Positions 18,489 to 28,848 of a stretch of DNA of 64,000 nt are shown here, piece after piece; within the stretch, counting starts at the first letter, position 1; each line of letters starts with the position of its first letter. The notes below the pieces were generated by a model. The model was not told the origin of the DNA and searched no databases. It saw only the letters and a list, made by a program, of their open reading frames with translations. The position numbers and the translations under genes were made by a program. This stretch comes from an uncultured Chlorobiaceae bacterium. Lineage in GTDB: Bacteria; Bacteroidota; Chlorobiia; Chlorobiales; Chlorobiaceae. The stretch covers positions 3,816-67,815 of the forward strand of contig CAILRB010000044.1 in assembly GCA_903836465.1 (NCBI GenBank). Reading direction: 5' to 3'.

Positions 18489-20375
18489 ATGCCAGGAGCA
18501 TATCAACATCCGAACATCACAGGAGCCGAAAGCGAATCGCTGAATCCGACCTTTATTGCGCAACTTGCAAGCCGTCTCTTCAATGAACTCCCTGAGGCAG
18601 AAAACGTCCCGAGAAGTGAAGGTGATATCTCGGAAGCGCCATCTGCTGTAGCCAACACTTTCCATGATAAAACAACATTCGTCGGCACACAGGATCCCGT
18701 GGATTTCTCCTCCAGTGCCGCTTCAGCGATCCCGGTACACGATTTCTATTTTCTGCCGCACGCTCAAGAAAAAGAGCCGGAACCACTTGAACACCATGCC
18801 AATAAACTGACCGAACAGCAGAACTATTCAGAGAGTGAAAAGGGATCGAATGGTCTTGACCAGCTTTTGCGGCGTTCACTGCCTGTACAGACTGATGAGC
18901 ATGAATGTTACGCAGAAAAGCTCTACAGGGAGTTCACCGGGCAACAGGGCAGTCCCGTCATGGAGGTCGTTTTTCAGGCTCTTCGCGGTAGCGCCGAATC
19001 GCCTGCTCAGCCGGGCTTTGATCGATTACCCGTTACTCAACCTGAGTCTCCAGGAAAAGCGCCAGCTCCGGTCTCGCCAAACAGCGCCTTCAGCATCCCG
19101 GATTCTTACGCAGAGCCTTACTATTTCCTGCGTGAACCGCAACAGCCTATCCATCAGACAGAAGGATTTGATGTAACCACCATTCGCAAGGATTTTCCGG
19201 TCTTGCGTCAGTTGGTTCACGGCAAACCGCTTGCCTGGTTCGACAACGCCGCCACAACGCAAAAACCCCTGAGCGTCATCAACGCTGTAGCGCACTTCTA
19301 CGCCACGGACAATTCGAACATTCATCGCGGCGCACATACCCTTGCCGCTCGCGCCACCGATGCTTACGAAGGCGCACGCGAAAAGATCAGGCAGTTTATC
19401 GGCGCTGGCTCAACCTCGGAAATCATCTATGTCAGGGGCACTACCGAGGGTATCAACCTTGTGGCACAAACCTGGGGAAGAAAGTTTCTCCAGCCGGGCG
19501 ATGAGATTGTGCTCTCCATTCTTGAGCATCATGCCAATATCGTTCCGTGGCAGATGGTAGCCCAGGAGAAAGGAGCGCGCATCAAGGTGATCCCGGTCAA
19601 CGATCGGGGCGAAATCATCCTTGAAGAGTACACCAAACTGCTTGGGCCACGCACGCGCCTGGTCTCACTGACACAGGCTTCGAACGGTCTTGGAACCATT
19701 CTGCCTGTCAGGGAGATGATTCAACTGGCCAAACGCTATGACGCCAGAGTGCTTGTTGATGGAGCCCAGTCCGTTGCCCACATACCGGTCAATGTGCAGG
19801 ATCTCGATGCCGACTTTTTTGTCTTTTCAGGCCATAAAATCTTTGCTCCGACAGGTATCGGTGTGGTCTATGGCAAAAAAGAGCTGCTTGAGGTAATGCC
19901 GCCATGGCAGGGCGGCGGAAACATGATCAAGGATGTACGTTTCGAAGAGACCATTTACAACGAAGCCCCGGCAAAATTTGAGGCTGGAACGCCCTCAATC
20001 GGAGACGCCATCGGCCTTGGAGCTGCTCTTGATTACGTGCGCAAAATAGGTCTTGAAAACATTGCGCAATACGAGCACGAACTGACCGAGTACGGCACTG
20101 AAAAGCTGATTCGCATTCCCGGTCTGCGTCTGATTGGCACCGCAAGAAACAAGGTGGGCGTGCTCTCTTTTGTGCTGAACAATCTGCCCAACGAAGAGGT
20201 TGGCAAGCTGCTCGACCGCGAAGGCATTGCCGTCCGGGCCGGGCACCACTGCACCCAGCCATCGTTGCGCCGCTTCGGTGTTGAGGGAACCGTACGACCG
20301 TCGCTGGCCTTCTACAACACGAGAGATGAAATTGACCGGCTGGCTGATGTGATCAACCATATTCAGCGGAGATAA
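18489..20375 (+). CDS. SufS-class cysteine desulfurase with ~225-aa disordered N-terminal encapsulation domain
   Basis: FDNAATTQKP, EHHANIVPWQ, PLP motif FSGHKIFAPTG, catalytic RAGHHC. The Pro/Ser/Glu-rich extension contains IAQLASRLF, FYFL and PYYFL. Confidence 0.93.
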   Translation: MPGAYQHPNITGAESESLNPTFIAQLASRLFNELPEAENVPRSEGDISEAPSAVANTFHDKTTFVGTQDPVDFSSSAASAIPVHDFYFLPHAQEKEPEPLEHHANKLTEQQNYSESEKGSNGLDQLLRRSLPVQTDEHECYAEKLYREFTGQQGSPVMEVVFQALRGSAESPAQPGFDRLPVTQPESPGKAPAPVSPNSAFSIPDSYAEPYYFLREPQQPIHQTEGFDVTTIRKDFPVLRQLVHGKPLAWFDNAATTQKPLSVINAVAHFYATDNSNIHRGAHTLAARATDAYEGAREKIRQFIGAGSTSEIIYVRGTTEGINLVAQTWGRKFLQPGDEIVLSILEHHANIVPWQMVAQEKGARIKVIPVNDRGEIILEEYTKLLGPRTRLVSLTQASNGLGTILPVREMIQLAKRYDARVLVDGAQSVAHIPVNVQDLDADFFVFSGHKIFAPTGIGVVYGKKELLEVMPPWQGGGNMIKDVRFEETIYNEAPAKFEAGTPSIGDAIGLGAALDYVRKIGLENIAQYEHELTEYGTEKLIRIPGLRLIGTARNKVGVLSFVLNNLPNEEVGKLLDREGIAVRAGHHCTQPSLRRFGVEGTVRPSLAFYNTRDEIDRLADVINHIQRR

Positions 20376-20385
20376 CTAGGAACTC

Positions 20386-20426
20386 TTCAAAACGCAACGT
20401 TGATCATGAAAATGTTGCGTTTTGAA
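20386..20426. other. Inverted repeat downstream of the desulfurase
   Basis: TTCAAAACGCAAC (20386-20398) / GTTGCGTTTTGAA (20414-20426), perfect 13 bp; possible terminator or processing site. Confidence 0.55.
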
Positions 20427-20488
20427 AAGAAAGAGAAAAATAACGGTTATCTTTTGTCTGATTTTTTCCTGAAAGCAAAACAGATTTC

Positions 20489-21628
20489 ATGCAGTTTGAA
20501 ACCCTTGCCATCCATGACGGACAAGCACCTGATCCCCAAACCGGCTCTGTAACCGTTCCTGTTTACCAGACCTCCACCTTCGGGCGCGACAGCCTCGACG
20601 AGCGCAATGAGTTTTTTTATTCTCGAATCGGCAACCCGACACGGAAAGCGCTTGAATCAGCACTTGCGCTCCTTGAAAATGGCAAGTACGGTCTCGCCTT
20701 TGCCTCTGGAGTGGCGGCAACCATGGCGGCGCTGCAGGTGCTGAAACCCGGCGACCACATTGTTGCGGGCAACGACATTTACGGCGGAAGCTACCGCATT
20801 TTCGAGCAGCTCCTGAAACCATGGGGCGTTACCACCAGCTATACCGAAAGCGAAGCAACCGAGAGTTATGAAGCCAGCATAACACCGGCGACGAAGCTGA
20901 TCTGGATTGAAACCCCAAGCAATCCGCTGCTCCAGCTCTCCGACATCAGGGCGCTTGGCAAGCTTGCCAAAGAGCGTGGGATCTTGCTTGCAGTGGACAA
21001 CACCTTTGCCAGTCCCTATTTCCAGCGGCCACTTGAGCTTGGCGCCGACATTGTCGTGCACAGCACCACCAAATACCTCGGCGGCCACAGCGATGTCATT
21101 GGCGGCGCCGTGGTAACTTCAAACACGGCGATACACACCACCATCAAAAACTATCAGGGCGCAGCAGGGGCAGTACCCGGCCCCTGGGACTGCTGGCTTA
21201 TTCTGCGCGGTTTGAAAACGCTGAAAATCCGCATGAAGGAGCACGAAGCAAGCGCAATGCACCTTGCCGAAATGCTTGAACGCCATCCTGCTGTGGAACG
21301 GGTCTTTTATCCTGGCCTTGCCTCGCACCCGCAGCATAAACTGGCAAAAGAGCAGATGAGCGGGTTTGGCGGCATGGTGACCTTTGCCTTGAGCGGTGGC
21401 CTTCCGGCCGTCGAGCGGTTGATCGCGAAAATCAAATTCTTTGTACTGGCCGACAGCCTTGGCGGGGTGGAGTCGCTCATCTCCTCGCCAGCAAAAATGA
21501 CGCTCTGGGCGCTTTCACAGGCTGAGCGGGAGCGGAGAAAATGTACCGACAACCTGGTACGACTCTCTGTCGGGCTTGAAAATGCGACTGATCTTGAGGC
21601 TGACCTCCTGAACGCCCTTGAGCCATAA
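20489..21628 (+). CDS. Cystathionine gamma-synthase/lyase family PLP enzyme (trans-sulfuration)
   Basis: [48 protein letters not shown]. Confidence 0.92.
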   Translation: MQFETLAIHDGQAPDPQTGSVTVPVYQTSTFGRDSLDERNEFFYSRIGNPTRKALESALALLENGKYGLAFASGVAATMAALQVLKPGDHIVAGNDIYGGSYRIFEQLLKPWGVTTSYTESEATESYEASITPATKLIWIETPSNPLLQLSDIRALGKLAKERGILLAVDNTFASPYFQRPLELGADIVVHSTTKYLGGHSDVIGGAVVTSNTAIHTTIKNYQGAAGAVPGPWDCWLILRGLKTLKIRMKEHEASAMHLAEMLERHPAVERVFYPGLASHPQHKLAKEQMSGFGGMVTFALSGGLPAVERLIAKIKFFVLADSLGGVESLISSPAKMTLWALSQAERERRKCTDNLVRLSVGLENATDLEADLLNALEP

Positions 21629-21684
21629 GTTGAAAAAATATTTCAAGAGAGGCGACCTAAACAAATAGTGAAGAAATGTCATAA

Positions 21685-21888
21685 ATGATTACTATTGACC
21701 TGAACGGACAACAACAACCACTTCCCCCCGATTCTACCGTCAGCGATCTTCTCGCGGCCATCGGTTCAGACGGGAAAAGCGTGGCCGTCGTTGTTAATGA
21801 ACAAATCATTCGCCCCGAAAACCGCCCATCGCACCTGCTTCAGGCGGGTGACAGGGTTGAACTCCTGATTTTTGCCGGCGGTGGCTAA
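21685..21888 (+). CDS. thiS: Thiamine biosynthesis sulfur carrier
   Basis: 67 aa, LNG, VAVVVNEQII, GDRVE, C-terminal GG; sits upstream of thiG. Confidence 0.93.
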   Translation: MITIDLNGQQQPLPPDSTVSDLLAAIGSDGKSVAVVVNEQIIRPENRPSHLLQAGDRVELLIFAGGG

Positions 21889-21903
21889 CAGATTACTTTT
21901 ATT

Positions 21904-22680
21904 ATGGATTCATTGCAGATCGGCTCGTATACTTTTTCTTCACGCCTGATTCTTGGAACAGGAAAATTCAGCAACTCAACGGTAATGCTTGAGGCCGTGA
22001 GGGCCTCAGGTACACAACTCGTGACCGTAGCGTTGCGACGCTTCAACCGCGAACAGGCGGAAGATGACCTTTTCGGCCCCTTATCGGCCATTGAGGGAAT
22101 AACGCTCATGCCAAATACTTCTGGAGCTTCAACCGCTGCAGAGGCTGTCCGTGCGGCCCATATCGCCCGCGAACTCTCGGGAAGCCCCTTTATCAAGGTG
22201 GAAATTCATCCGAACCCGCAGCACCTGATGCCTGACCCCATTGAAACCTATGAAGCTTGCCGGATTCTGGCACAAGAGGGGTTCTTGGTGATGCCCTATA
22301 TTGCCGCAGACCCTGTACTGGCCAAGAGGCTTGAGGAAGTTGGCTGCGCGTCGGTGATGCCGCTCGGTTCGGCTATCGGCAGCGGACAGGGGCTTGCAAC
22401 GTCGGAGATGCTCAACATTATCATCCGTGAAAGCGGCATTCCGGTTATTGTCGATGCCGGTCTGCGCTCCCCTTCCGAGGCGGCGCACGCCATGGAGATG
22501 GGATGTGAAGCGGTACTGGTGAACAGCGCCGTAGCAGCAGCAAGCAACCCGCCTGCAATGGCAGAGGCTTTCGCGGAGGCTGTTGCAGCGGGAAGAAAAG
22601 GATTCAGGGCCGGGCTGATGCAGAAAAGCGGTTCCGCTGTGGCCACAAGCCCACTCACCTCTTTTCTGGGAACATGCTGA
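21904..22680 (+). CDS. thiG: Thiazole synthase
   Basis: [42 protein letters not shown]. Confidence 0.96.
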   Translation: MDSLQIGSYTFSSRLILGTGKFSNSTVMLEAVRASGTQLVTVALRRFNREQAEDDLFGPLSAIEGITLMPNTSGASTAAEAVRAAHIARELSGSPFIKVEIHPNPQHLMPDPIETYEACRILAQEGFLVMPYIAADPVLAKRLEEVGCASVMPLGSAIGSGQGLATSEMLNIIIRESGIPVIVDAGLRSPSEAAHAMEMGCEAVLVNSAVAAASNPPAMAEAFAEAVAAGRKGFRAGLMQKSGSAVATSPLTSFLGTC

Positions 22681-23768
22681 TGACAACTTTACCGGAATGG
22701 CTTTCCGACAATCGTGGCACTACAGCCCTTGCCGCCATGCTGTCACCTGCATCATCACAATCCATTGAAACTCTTGCCGCTGAATCGAGAGCAATCACCC
22801 TGCGACGTTTCGGACGCACGATGACGCTCTACGCCCCGCTTTACCTCTCAAACTACTGTTCAAGCGGCTGCGCCTACTGCGGCTTTGCTTCCGACCGAAA
22901 GACGCCGCGCCATCGTCTTGAACCTGATGAGATCCGACGGGAACTGGGCGCAATGAAAAAACTTGGCATCAGCGATATTCTTCTGCTCACTGGCGAGCGT
23001 ACCGCCGCTGCCGATTTCGACTATCTTCAGAGGAGTGTTGCCATCGCGGCTGAGGAGATGCCGCGAGTCTCGGTTGAGGCTTTTCCGATGAGCGTCAGCG
23101 AATACAGGGCACTTGCCGACTGTGGCTGCACCGGTATCACCATCTACCAGGAGACCTACAACCGCGAACGCTACGAAACACTGCACCGCTGGGGCCCGAA
23201 AAAAGATTTTATCGCCCGCCTGGAAACTCCTGCCCGCGCGCTTGAAGGGGGAATAAAAACCGTCGGGCTCGGGGTACTGCTCGGTCTTTCCGATCCGGTT
23301 GAAGATGCCCTGAGCCTCTATCGCCATGTTCGACACCTCGGGCGCACGTACTGGCGTGCCGGTATGACCGTATCGTTTCCACGCATGAGACCACAGACCG
23401 GCGGTTATGAGCCACCTTTCCCGGTTGACGATCACCTTCTCGCAAGAATAATCTTTGCCTTCCGCATTGCTCTTCCCGATACGGAACTGGTGCTCTCAAC
23501 GAGGGAGAGCGCGAACTTCCGTGATGGAATGGCGGGACTTGGAATTACCAGAATGAGCATCGAGAGCAGAACCACTGTTGGAGGATATTGTGAGAGTGAG
23601 AACGAAGAGAGCAAGGAGAGAACAGACAAGGGGCAATTTGAAATATCTGATAACCGCTCTGCCAAAGAGTTCTGTGCTGCTCTGCGCCGCCAGAATATTG
23701 AGCCGGTCTTCAAAAACTGGGAACTCTCCTATAACGGCCCGTCATCCAACATAAAACTGGCAATGTAA
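22674..23768 (+). CDS. thiH: 2-iminoacetate synthase (radical SAM)
   Basis: [51 protein letters not shown]. Confidence 0.94.
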   Translation: MLMTTLPEWLSDNRGTTALAAMLSPASSQSIETLAAESRAITLRRFGRTMTLYAPLYLSNYCSSGCAYCGFASDRKTPRHRLEPDEIRRELGAMKKLGISDILLLTGERTAAADFDYLQRSVAIAAEEMPRVSVEAFPMSVSEYRALADCGCTGITIYQETYNRERYETLHRWGPKKDFIARLETPARALEGGIKTVGLGVLLGLSDPVEDALSLYRHVRHLGRTYWRAGMTVSFPRMRPQTGGYEPPFPVDDHLLARIIFAFRIALPDTELVLSTRESANFRDGMAGLGITRMSIESRTTVGGYCESENEESKERTDKGQFEISDNRSAKEFCAALRRQNIEPVFKNWELSYNGPSSNIKLAM

Positions 23769-23785
23769 CCAGAAAAAGAACAACC

Positions 23786-24535
23786 ATGCCACTGAACAAC
23801 ACCCTGAACGACAGCCAGCGCGAACGTTACGCCCGCCATATTACACTGCAGGAGATCGGCGAAAAGGGACAGGTGAAGCTGCTCAAGGCAAAAGTACTGG
23901 TCATCGGCGCCGGTGGACTCGGTTCCCCGGTCGCCTTTTATCTCGCTGCAGCAGGAATAGGCACCATCGGCCTCATGGATGGTGACAAGGTTGATCTCAG
24001 CAACCTTCAGCGACAGATTCTACACACCACCGACTCAATCGGAAAAGATAAGGTCACCTCTGCAAAACAACGGCTTCTCGACCTTGATCCTGACTTGAAG
24101 CTCACCCTCTACCCGTTCCGGCTCAACGCTGACAACGCACCGGAGATTCTATCGTTGTATGACTTCATCATTGACGCCACCGACAACTTCGACTCGAAAT
24201 TCCTGATATCAAGAGCCTGCCACGATGCAGCAAAAGCCTGGTCCCACGCAGGGATCAAAGAGTTCTATGGCCAGACCATGACCGTCCACCCCGGAACTTC
24301 CACATGCTACCATTGCCTCTTCCACGAAGCGGGAGTGCCAGCCGCCAGCATCCCGAAAGGCCCACTCGGTGCAGTACCCGGCATTATCGGCTCCATCCAG
24401 GCCACGGAAGCCATAAAAAACATCCTCACCATTGGCACGCCACTCATCAACACGTTGCTGACCTGCGACACCCTCACCATGACCATCCGCAAAATCCCCC
24501 TTCACCGAAACCCAACCTGCCCTCTCTGCTCCTAG
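23786..24535 (+). CDS. thiF: ThiF/MoeB adenylyltransferase
   Basis: RYARH, VIGAGGLGSP, DLSNLQRQ, CYHC and CPLC Zn motifs. Confidence 0.9.
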   Translation: MPLNNTLNDSQRERYARHITLQEIGEKGQVKLLKAKVLVIGAGGLGSPVAFYLAAAGIGTIGLMDGDKVDLSNLQRQILHTTDSIGKDKVTSAKQRLLDLDPDLKLTLYPFRLNADNAPEILSLYDFIIDATDNFDSKFLISRACHDAAKAWSHAGIKEFYGQTMTVHPGTSTCYHCLFHEAGVPAASIPKGPLGAVPGIIGSIQATEAIKNILTIGTPLINTLLTCDTLTMTIRKIPLHRNPTCPLCS

Positions 24536-24620
24536 CAAACGCGCTACCGATTATTTTGTTCGCCTGATTTTCGTTAAATCCTTCGTAATAACCGTTGTTA
24601 TTTATTATACTTCATGTCGG

Positions 24621-24634
24621 TTAACAACCGTTAA
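24621..24634. promoter_or_regulatory. TTAAC-N4-GTTAA palindrome upstream of sucA
   Basis: TTAACAACCGTTAA; the flanking 16-mer GGTTAACAA[T/C]CGTTAA is shared with 12183-12198. Confidence 0.45.
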
Positions 24635-24742
24635 GATACCGTTCCTGCAAAAGAGTAGTTCAATCAACAGCTAACACCTTTTCTCTTATAGACATCATCT
24701 CTTTGTATCTATAATCCTTTTGAAAGACAAGCACGTCACACC

Positions 24743-27574
24743 ATGATGCATCAGTATAGCAGCAGTTCCTATCTCTCAGGGGGAAATGCCCCTTATATCG
24801 AAGATCTTTATGAAGCCTATCTCGACAATCCAGGCTCAGTTTCCGAGAAGTGGCGAGCTTACTTTGATGCCATGCAAAATATGCCGGGAACAAACGGCTC
24901 CGATGCCCGAGATATCGCGCACTCACCCGTACAGGCATCGTTTGCTGAAAGAGCACGTCTTGGCCCAATCTGCCGTGTTGTAGCAAATCCTGATGCCGAA
25001 CTCGGCCGCAAACGGGTCTCGGTACAGAAACTGATCGCCGCTTACCGCAACATTGGTTCACGCTGGGCAGATCTTGATCCCCTGAAACGTCAGGAGCGAC
25101 CTGCACTTCCCGATCTTGAGCCCTCCTTTTACGGGTTCACGGATACCGACATGGATATTGTCTTTAACACCAGCAATACCTATTTCGGCAAGGAAAGTAT
25201 GCCGCTTCGCGAAGTGCTGCAGAATCTGCGCGAGACCTACTGTGGTACACTTGGCATTGAGTTCATGTACATCACTGACCAGACGGAAAAACGGTGGTGG
25301 CAGGCAAAGTTCGAGACGATACGTTCGAAACCTGATTTCACTCCGGAGAAGAAAAAACATATTCTTGAACGTTTAACTGCTGCTGAAGGATTTGAGCGCT
25401 ATCTCCATACCCGTTTTATCGGCCAGAAACGCTTCTCTCTTGAAGGGGGGGAAAGCTTTATTGCCTCCATGGATGAACTGATCCAGCGGGCTGGCAAAGC
25501 CGGGGTTCAGGAGATCGTCATCGGTATGGCCCACAGGGGACGATTGAATGTGCTTGTCAATATCATGGGAAAAAATCCGCTTGACCTTTTTGCGGAATTC
25601 GAGGGGAAGCATGCTGCGGATCTTCCCTCCGGCGACGTAAAATATCATCAGGGCTTTACCAGCGACATTGCCACTCCCGGCGGCCCGATCAATCTCTCTC
25701 TTGCCTTCAATCCATCGCATCTTGAAATTGTCAATCCAGTAGTAGAGGGCGCTGTCAAAGCCCGCCAGGTACGCAGAGGCGACAGGGACGGCTCACAGGT
25801 GCTGCCTATTCTGGTTCACGGTGATGCTGCCTTTGCCGGACAGGGCGTTATCATGGAGACGTTGAATCTTGCGCTGACAAGGGGATACGGCACTGGCGGC
25901 ACGGTTCATATAGTTATCAATAACCAGATTGGCTTCACCACTTCTGATCCTCGCGACAGCCGTTCAACAACCTATTGTACCGATGTGGTCAAGATGATTG
26001 AGGCACCGGTTCTGCACGTCAATGGCGACGATCCTGAATCGGTCGTACTGGCGACTCAGATGGCGCTTGATTACCGGCAGGCGTTCAAACGCGATGTGGT
26101 TATTGACATTATCTGTTTCCGCAAGCTTGGTCATAACGAACAGGATACACCAGCCATGACCCAACCGCTGATGTACAAAAAGATAGACAAGCACCCCGGC
26201 ACCCGGAAACTCTTTGCTGAAAGACTTGAATCGCAGGGAGTCATCAACGAGGAGTATGCCACGAAGCTCAGTCAGCAATTCCGCAAGGATCTTGATGAAG
26301 GAAAGTACACCGCAAATCCGGTACTGGTCAATAAGACCATCTTTACAGCGGAACCGGCAACCGGTCATGATGAAGTCTCCGAAACCGGCGTTCCACTTGC
26401 GGAACTCAAACGACTCTCGGAGATGATCACCAAAATCCCTGAAGGGTTCAAGCTTCACCCGCTTGTTGAAAAGGTAGTCAATGACCGTGCCCGCATGGGT
26501 CGAGGAGAACAGCTTCTCGACTGGGGTATGGGTGAACATCTGGCATTTGCATCACTTGTTGCAGGTGGTTACCCGATTCGCATTACCGGCCAGGACAGCG
26601 GAAGAGCTACATTTTCGCACCGTCATTCCGTCCTGCACGATCAAAAACGTGAAAAATGGGATTCGGGCATCTACATCCCGCTTCAGAATGTTGCCAGCAA
26701 CCAGGCGGCCTTTACGGTTATCGACTCCGTTCTTTCCGAAGAGGCAGTTCTCGGGTTTGAATACGGCTACTCTATCTCAGCTCCCGATACTCTGGTGATC
26801 TGGGAAGCCCAGTTCGGCGACTTTGCCAACGGAGCACAGGTTTTGATTGATCAGTTCATCACCTCCGGAGAGGTGAAGTGGGGGCTTTCATCCGGCCTGA
26901 CCCTCATGCTGCCTCACGGCTATGAAGGACAGGGACCGGAACACTCATCAGCCCGACCGGAACGCTTCCTGCAGCTCTGCGCCGAGAACAACATTCAGGT
27001 TTGTCAACCGACGAACCCTGCCCAGATTTTTCACCTGCTTCGGCGGCAGATGACCACCATGATCCGCAAACCGCTGGTCATTCTCACCCCCAAATCATTG
27101 CTCCGCAACAAGGAGGCGGTCTCTGCCCTGGCTGATCTCTCCACAGGAAATTTTCAGAACATTATCAGCGATCCGGCAGCAAATCCCGCAAAAGTAAAAA
27201 GACTTCTTGCCTGTTCCGGCAAGGTTTATTATGATCTTGTTAACCGCAGGCGGGAGAACACGGTTGAAGATGTTGCCATAATCCGTATCGAACAGCTTTA
27301 TCCGTTTCCTCTTGAGGAGTTTGGCGCTGAGCTTGCGCTTTATCCTCAACTGAAGGATATTGTCTGGTGTCAGGATGAACCAAAAAATCAGGGGTATTGG
27401 CGTTTTCTCCAGCACTATATCATGAAAGCCATGACGCCGGGCCAACAGTTCGGCTATGCAGGAAGACTCGCATCAGCGTCTACAGCATGCGGCTACGCCG
27501 CAACACATGCCCTCCAGCAAAAAGCGTTGCTTGATCAGGCATTCGGTGAGTTCAGTGTTTTTTTCAACAAATAA
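24743..27574 (+). CDS. sucA: 2-oxoglutarate dehydrogenase E1
   Basis: GQKRFSLEGGES, GMAHRGRLN, FNPSHLE, TPP motif HGDAAFAGQG...NNQIGFTT, GHNEQD, WEAQFGDFANGAQ, PHGYEGQGPEHSS. Confidence 0.97.
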   Translation: MMHQYSSSSYLSGGNAPYIEDLYEAYLDNPGSVSEKWRAYFDAMQNMPGTNGSDARDIAHSPVQASFAERARLGPICRVVANPDAELGRKRVSVQKLIAAYRNIGSRWADLDPLKRQERPALPDLEPSFYGFTDTDMDIVFNTSNTYFGKESMPLREVLQNLRETYCGTLGIEFMYITDQTEKRWWQAKFETIRSKPDFTPEKKKHILERLTAAEGFERYLHTRFIGQKRFSLEGGESFIASMDELIQRAGKAGVQEIVIGMAHRGRLNVLVNIMGKNPLDLFAEFEGKHAADLPSGDVKYHQGFTSDIATPGGPINLSLAFNPSHLEIVNPVVEGAVKARQVRRGDRDGSQVLPILVHGDAAFAGQGVIMETLNLALTRGYGTGGTVHIVINNQIGFTTSDPRDSRSTTYCTDVVKMIEAPVLHVNGDDPESVVLATQMALDYRQAFKRDVVIDIICFRKLGHNEQDTPAMTQPLMYKKIDKHPGTRKLFAERLESQGVINEEYATKLSQQFRKDLDEGKYTANPVLVNKTIFTAEPATGHDEVSETGVPLAELKRLSEMITKIPEGFKLHPLVEKVVNDRARMGRGEQLLDWGMGEHLAFASLVAGGYPIRITGQDSGRATFSHRHSVLHDQKREKWDSGIYIPLQNVASNQAAFTVIDSVLSEEAVLGFEYGYSISAPDTLVIWEAQFGDFANGAQVLIDQFITSGEVKWGLSSGLTLMLPHGYEGQGPEHSSARPERFLQLCAENNIQVCQPTNPAQIFHLLRRQMTTMIRKPLVILTPKSLLRNKEAVSALADLSTGNFQNIISDPAANPAKVKRLLACSGKVYYDLVNRRRENTVEDVAIIRIEQLYPFPLEEFGAELALYPQLKDIVWCQDEPKNQGYWRFLQHYIMKAMTPGQQFGYAGRLASASTACGYAATHALQQKALLDQAFGEFSVFFNK

Positions 27575-27583
27575 TATCCACGA

Positions 27584-28834
27584 ATGGCAATCATTGATGT
27601 CACCATATCCCAGTTGTCGGAATCCGTTGCCGAAGCAACACTGCTGAACTGGAAAAAAGCTCCAGGAGATGCTGTTGCTGTAGACGAAATTCTCTTTGAA
27701 ATCGAAACCGACAAAGTTGTTTTTGATGTACCGTCTCCCTCCGCAGGTATTCTCTTTGAAATTCTTGTCGGTGACGGTGGCACGGTAGTTCCCAATCAGG
27801 TTCTGGCTCGCATCGACAGCGAAGGCAAAGCGGCAGCAACAACTGCTGCAGCATCTGTTGCTGATCAGCAGAAGATCGAAACAGCTCCGCCAACGGCTGT
27901 TCCAAAATCTGAAGGCGGAATTGCCATGCCTGCCGCAGCAAAACTGATGGCTGAAACCGGCCTGAACCTGTCACAAATAGAGGGCACCGGCAGGCATGGA
28001 AGAGTTACAAAAGGCGATGTCATGCAAGCCATTGCGGCTGGAGCAGAACCGGCGGCCCAACCAGCACCTGCAGCTTCTGCAGTACAAAAGCTGAAACCAG
28101 TAGAAGCAGTTACTGACCCTTCTCTGCTGACCGACCGACCGGAACAGCGCGTACCCATGACCCGTCTCAGGGCACGCATCGCTGAAAGGCTTCTTCACTC
28201 TCAGGCAACCAACGCCATTCTGACGACCTTCAATGAGGTCGACATGCATGCGGTCATTGATCTGCGCAACCGCTACAAGGTTGCCTTTGAAAAAGAGCAC
28301 GGCGTCAAACTCGGCTTCATGTCTTTCTTTGTGAAGGCTACCGTACATGCCCTGCGCAAATATCCCGTCCTGAACGCTTCAGTTGACGGCAAGGATATCA
28401 TTTATCACGGTTATTTTGATATCGGTATCGCCGTCAGCTCACCGAGAGGACTGGTTGTCCCTATTCTTCGCAATGTCGACCAGATGAGCATTGCCGACAT
28501 TGAAAGCAAAATTGCCGACTATTCCACAAAGGCAAAACTGGGGACGCTCTCCCTTGAAGAGCTGACTGGCGGCACCTTCTCGATTTCCAACGGAGGCGTT
28601 TTCGGTTCAATGCTTTCAACGCCGATCATCAATCCGCCGCAGTCTGCAATTCTTGGCATCCACGCCACAAAAGAGAGGCCTGTTGTGGAAAACGGGCAGA
28701 TTGTCATACGACCGATGAACTATCTTGCCATGTCCTATGACCATCGAATTATCGACGGTAAAGAAGCGGTACTTGGTCTTGTTGCAATAAAGGATGCACT
28801 GGAAGATCCGGCGCGTCTCTTACTTGATCTTTAA
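27584..28834 (+). CDS. sucB: Dihydrolipoamide succinyltransferase E2
   Basis: Lipoyl motif EIETDKV, E3-binding [13 protein letters not shown], catalytic SYDHRIIDG. Confidence 0.97.
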   Translation: MAIIDVTISQLSESVAEATLLNWKKAPGDAVAVDEILFEIETDKVVFDVPSPSAGILFEILVGDGGTVVPNQVLARIDSEGKAAATTAAASVADQQKIETAPPTAVPKSEGGIAMPAAAKLMAETGLNLSQIEGTGRHGRVTKGDVMQAIAAGAEPAAQPAPAASAVQKLKPVEAVTDPSLLTDRPEQRVPMTRLRARIAERLLHSQATNAILTTFNEVDMHAVIDLRNRYKVAFEKEHGVKLGFMSFFVKATVHALRKYPVLNASVDGKDIIYHGYFDIGIAVSSPRGLVVPILRNVDQMSIADIESKIADYSTKAKLGTLSLEELTGGTFSISNGGVFGSMLSTPIINPPQSAILGIHATKERPVVENGQIVIRPMNYLAMSYDHRIIDGKEAVLGLVAIKDALEDPARLLLDL

Positions 28835-28848
28835 AAAGAAACTCTACC

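Noticed and set aside
21629-21684. TPP riboswitch upstream of thiS
   Set aside because: The gap is only 56 nt and lacks the GGG..CTGAGA / CCTGA..GATAA signature.
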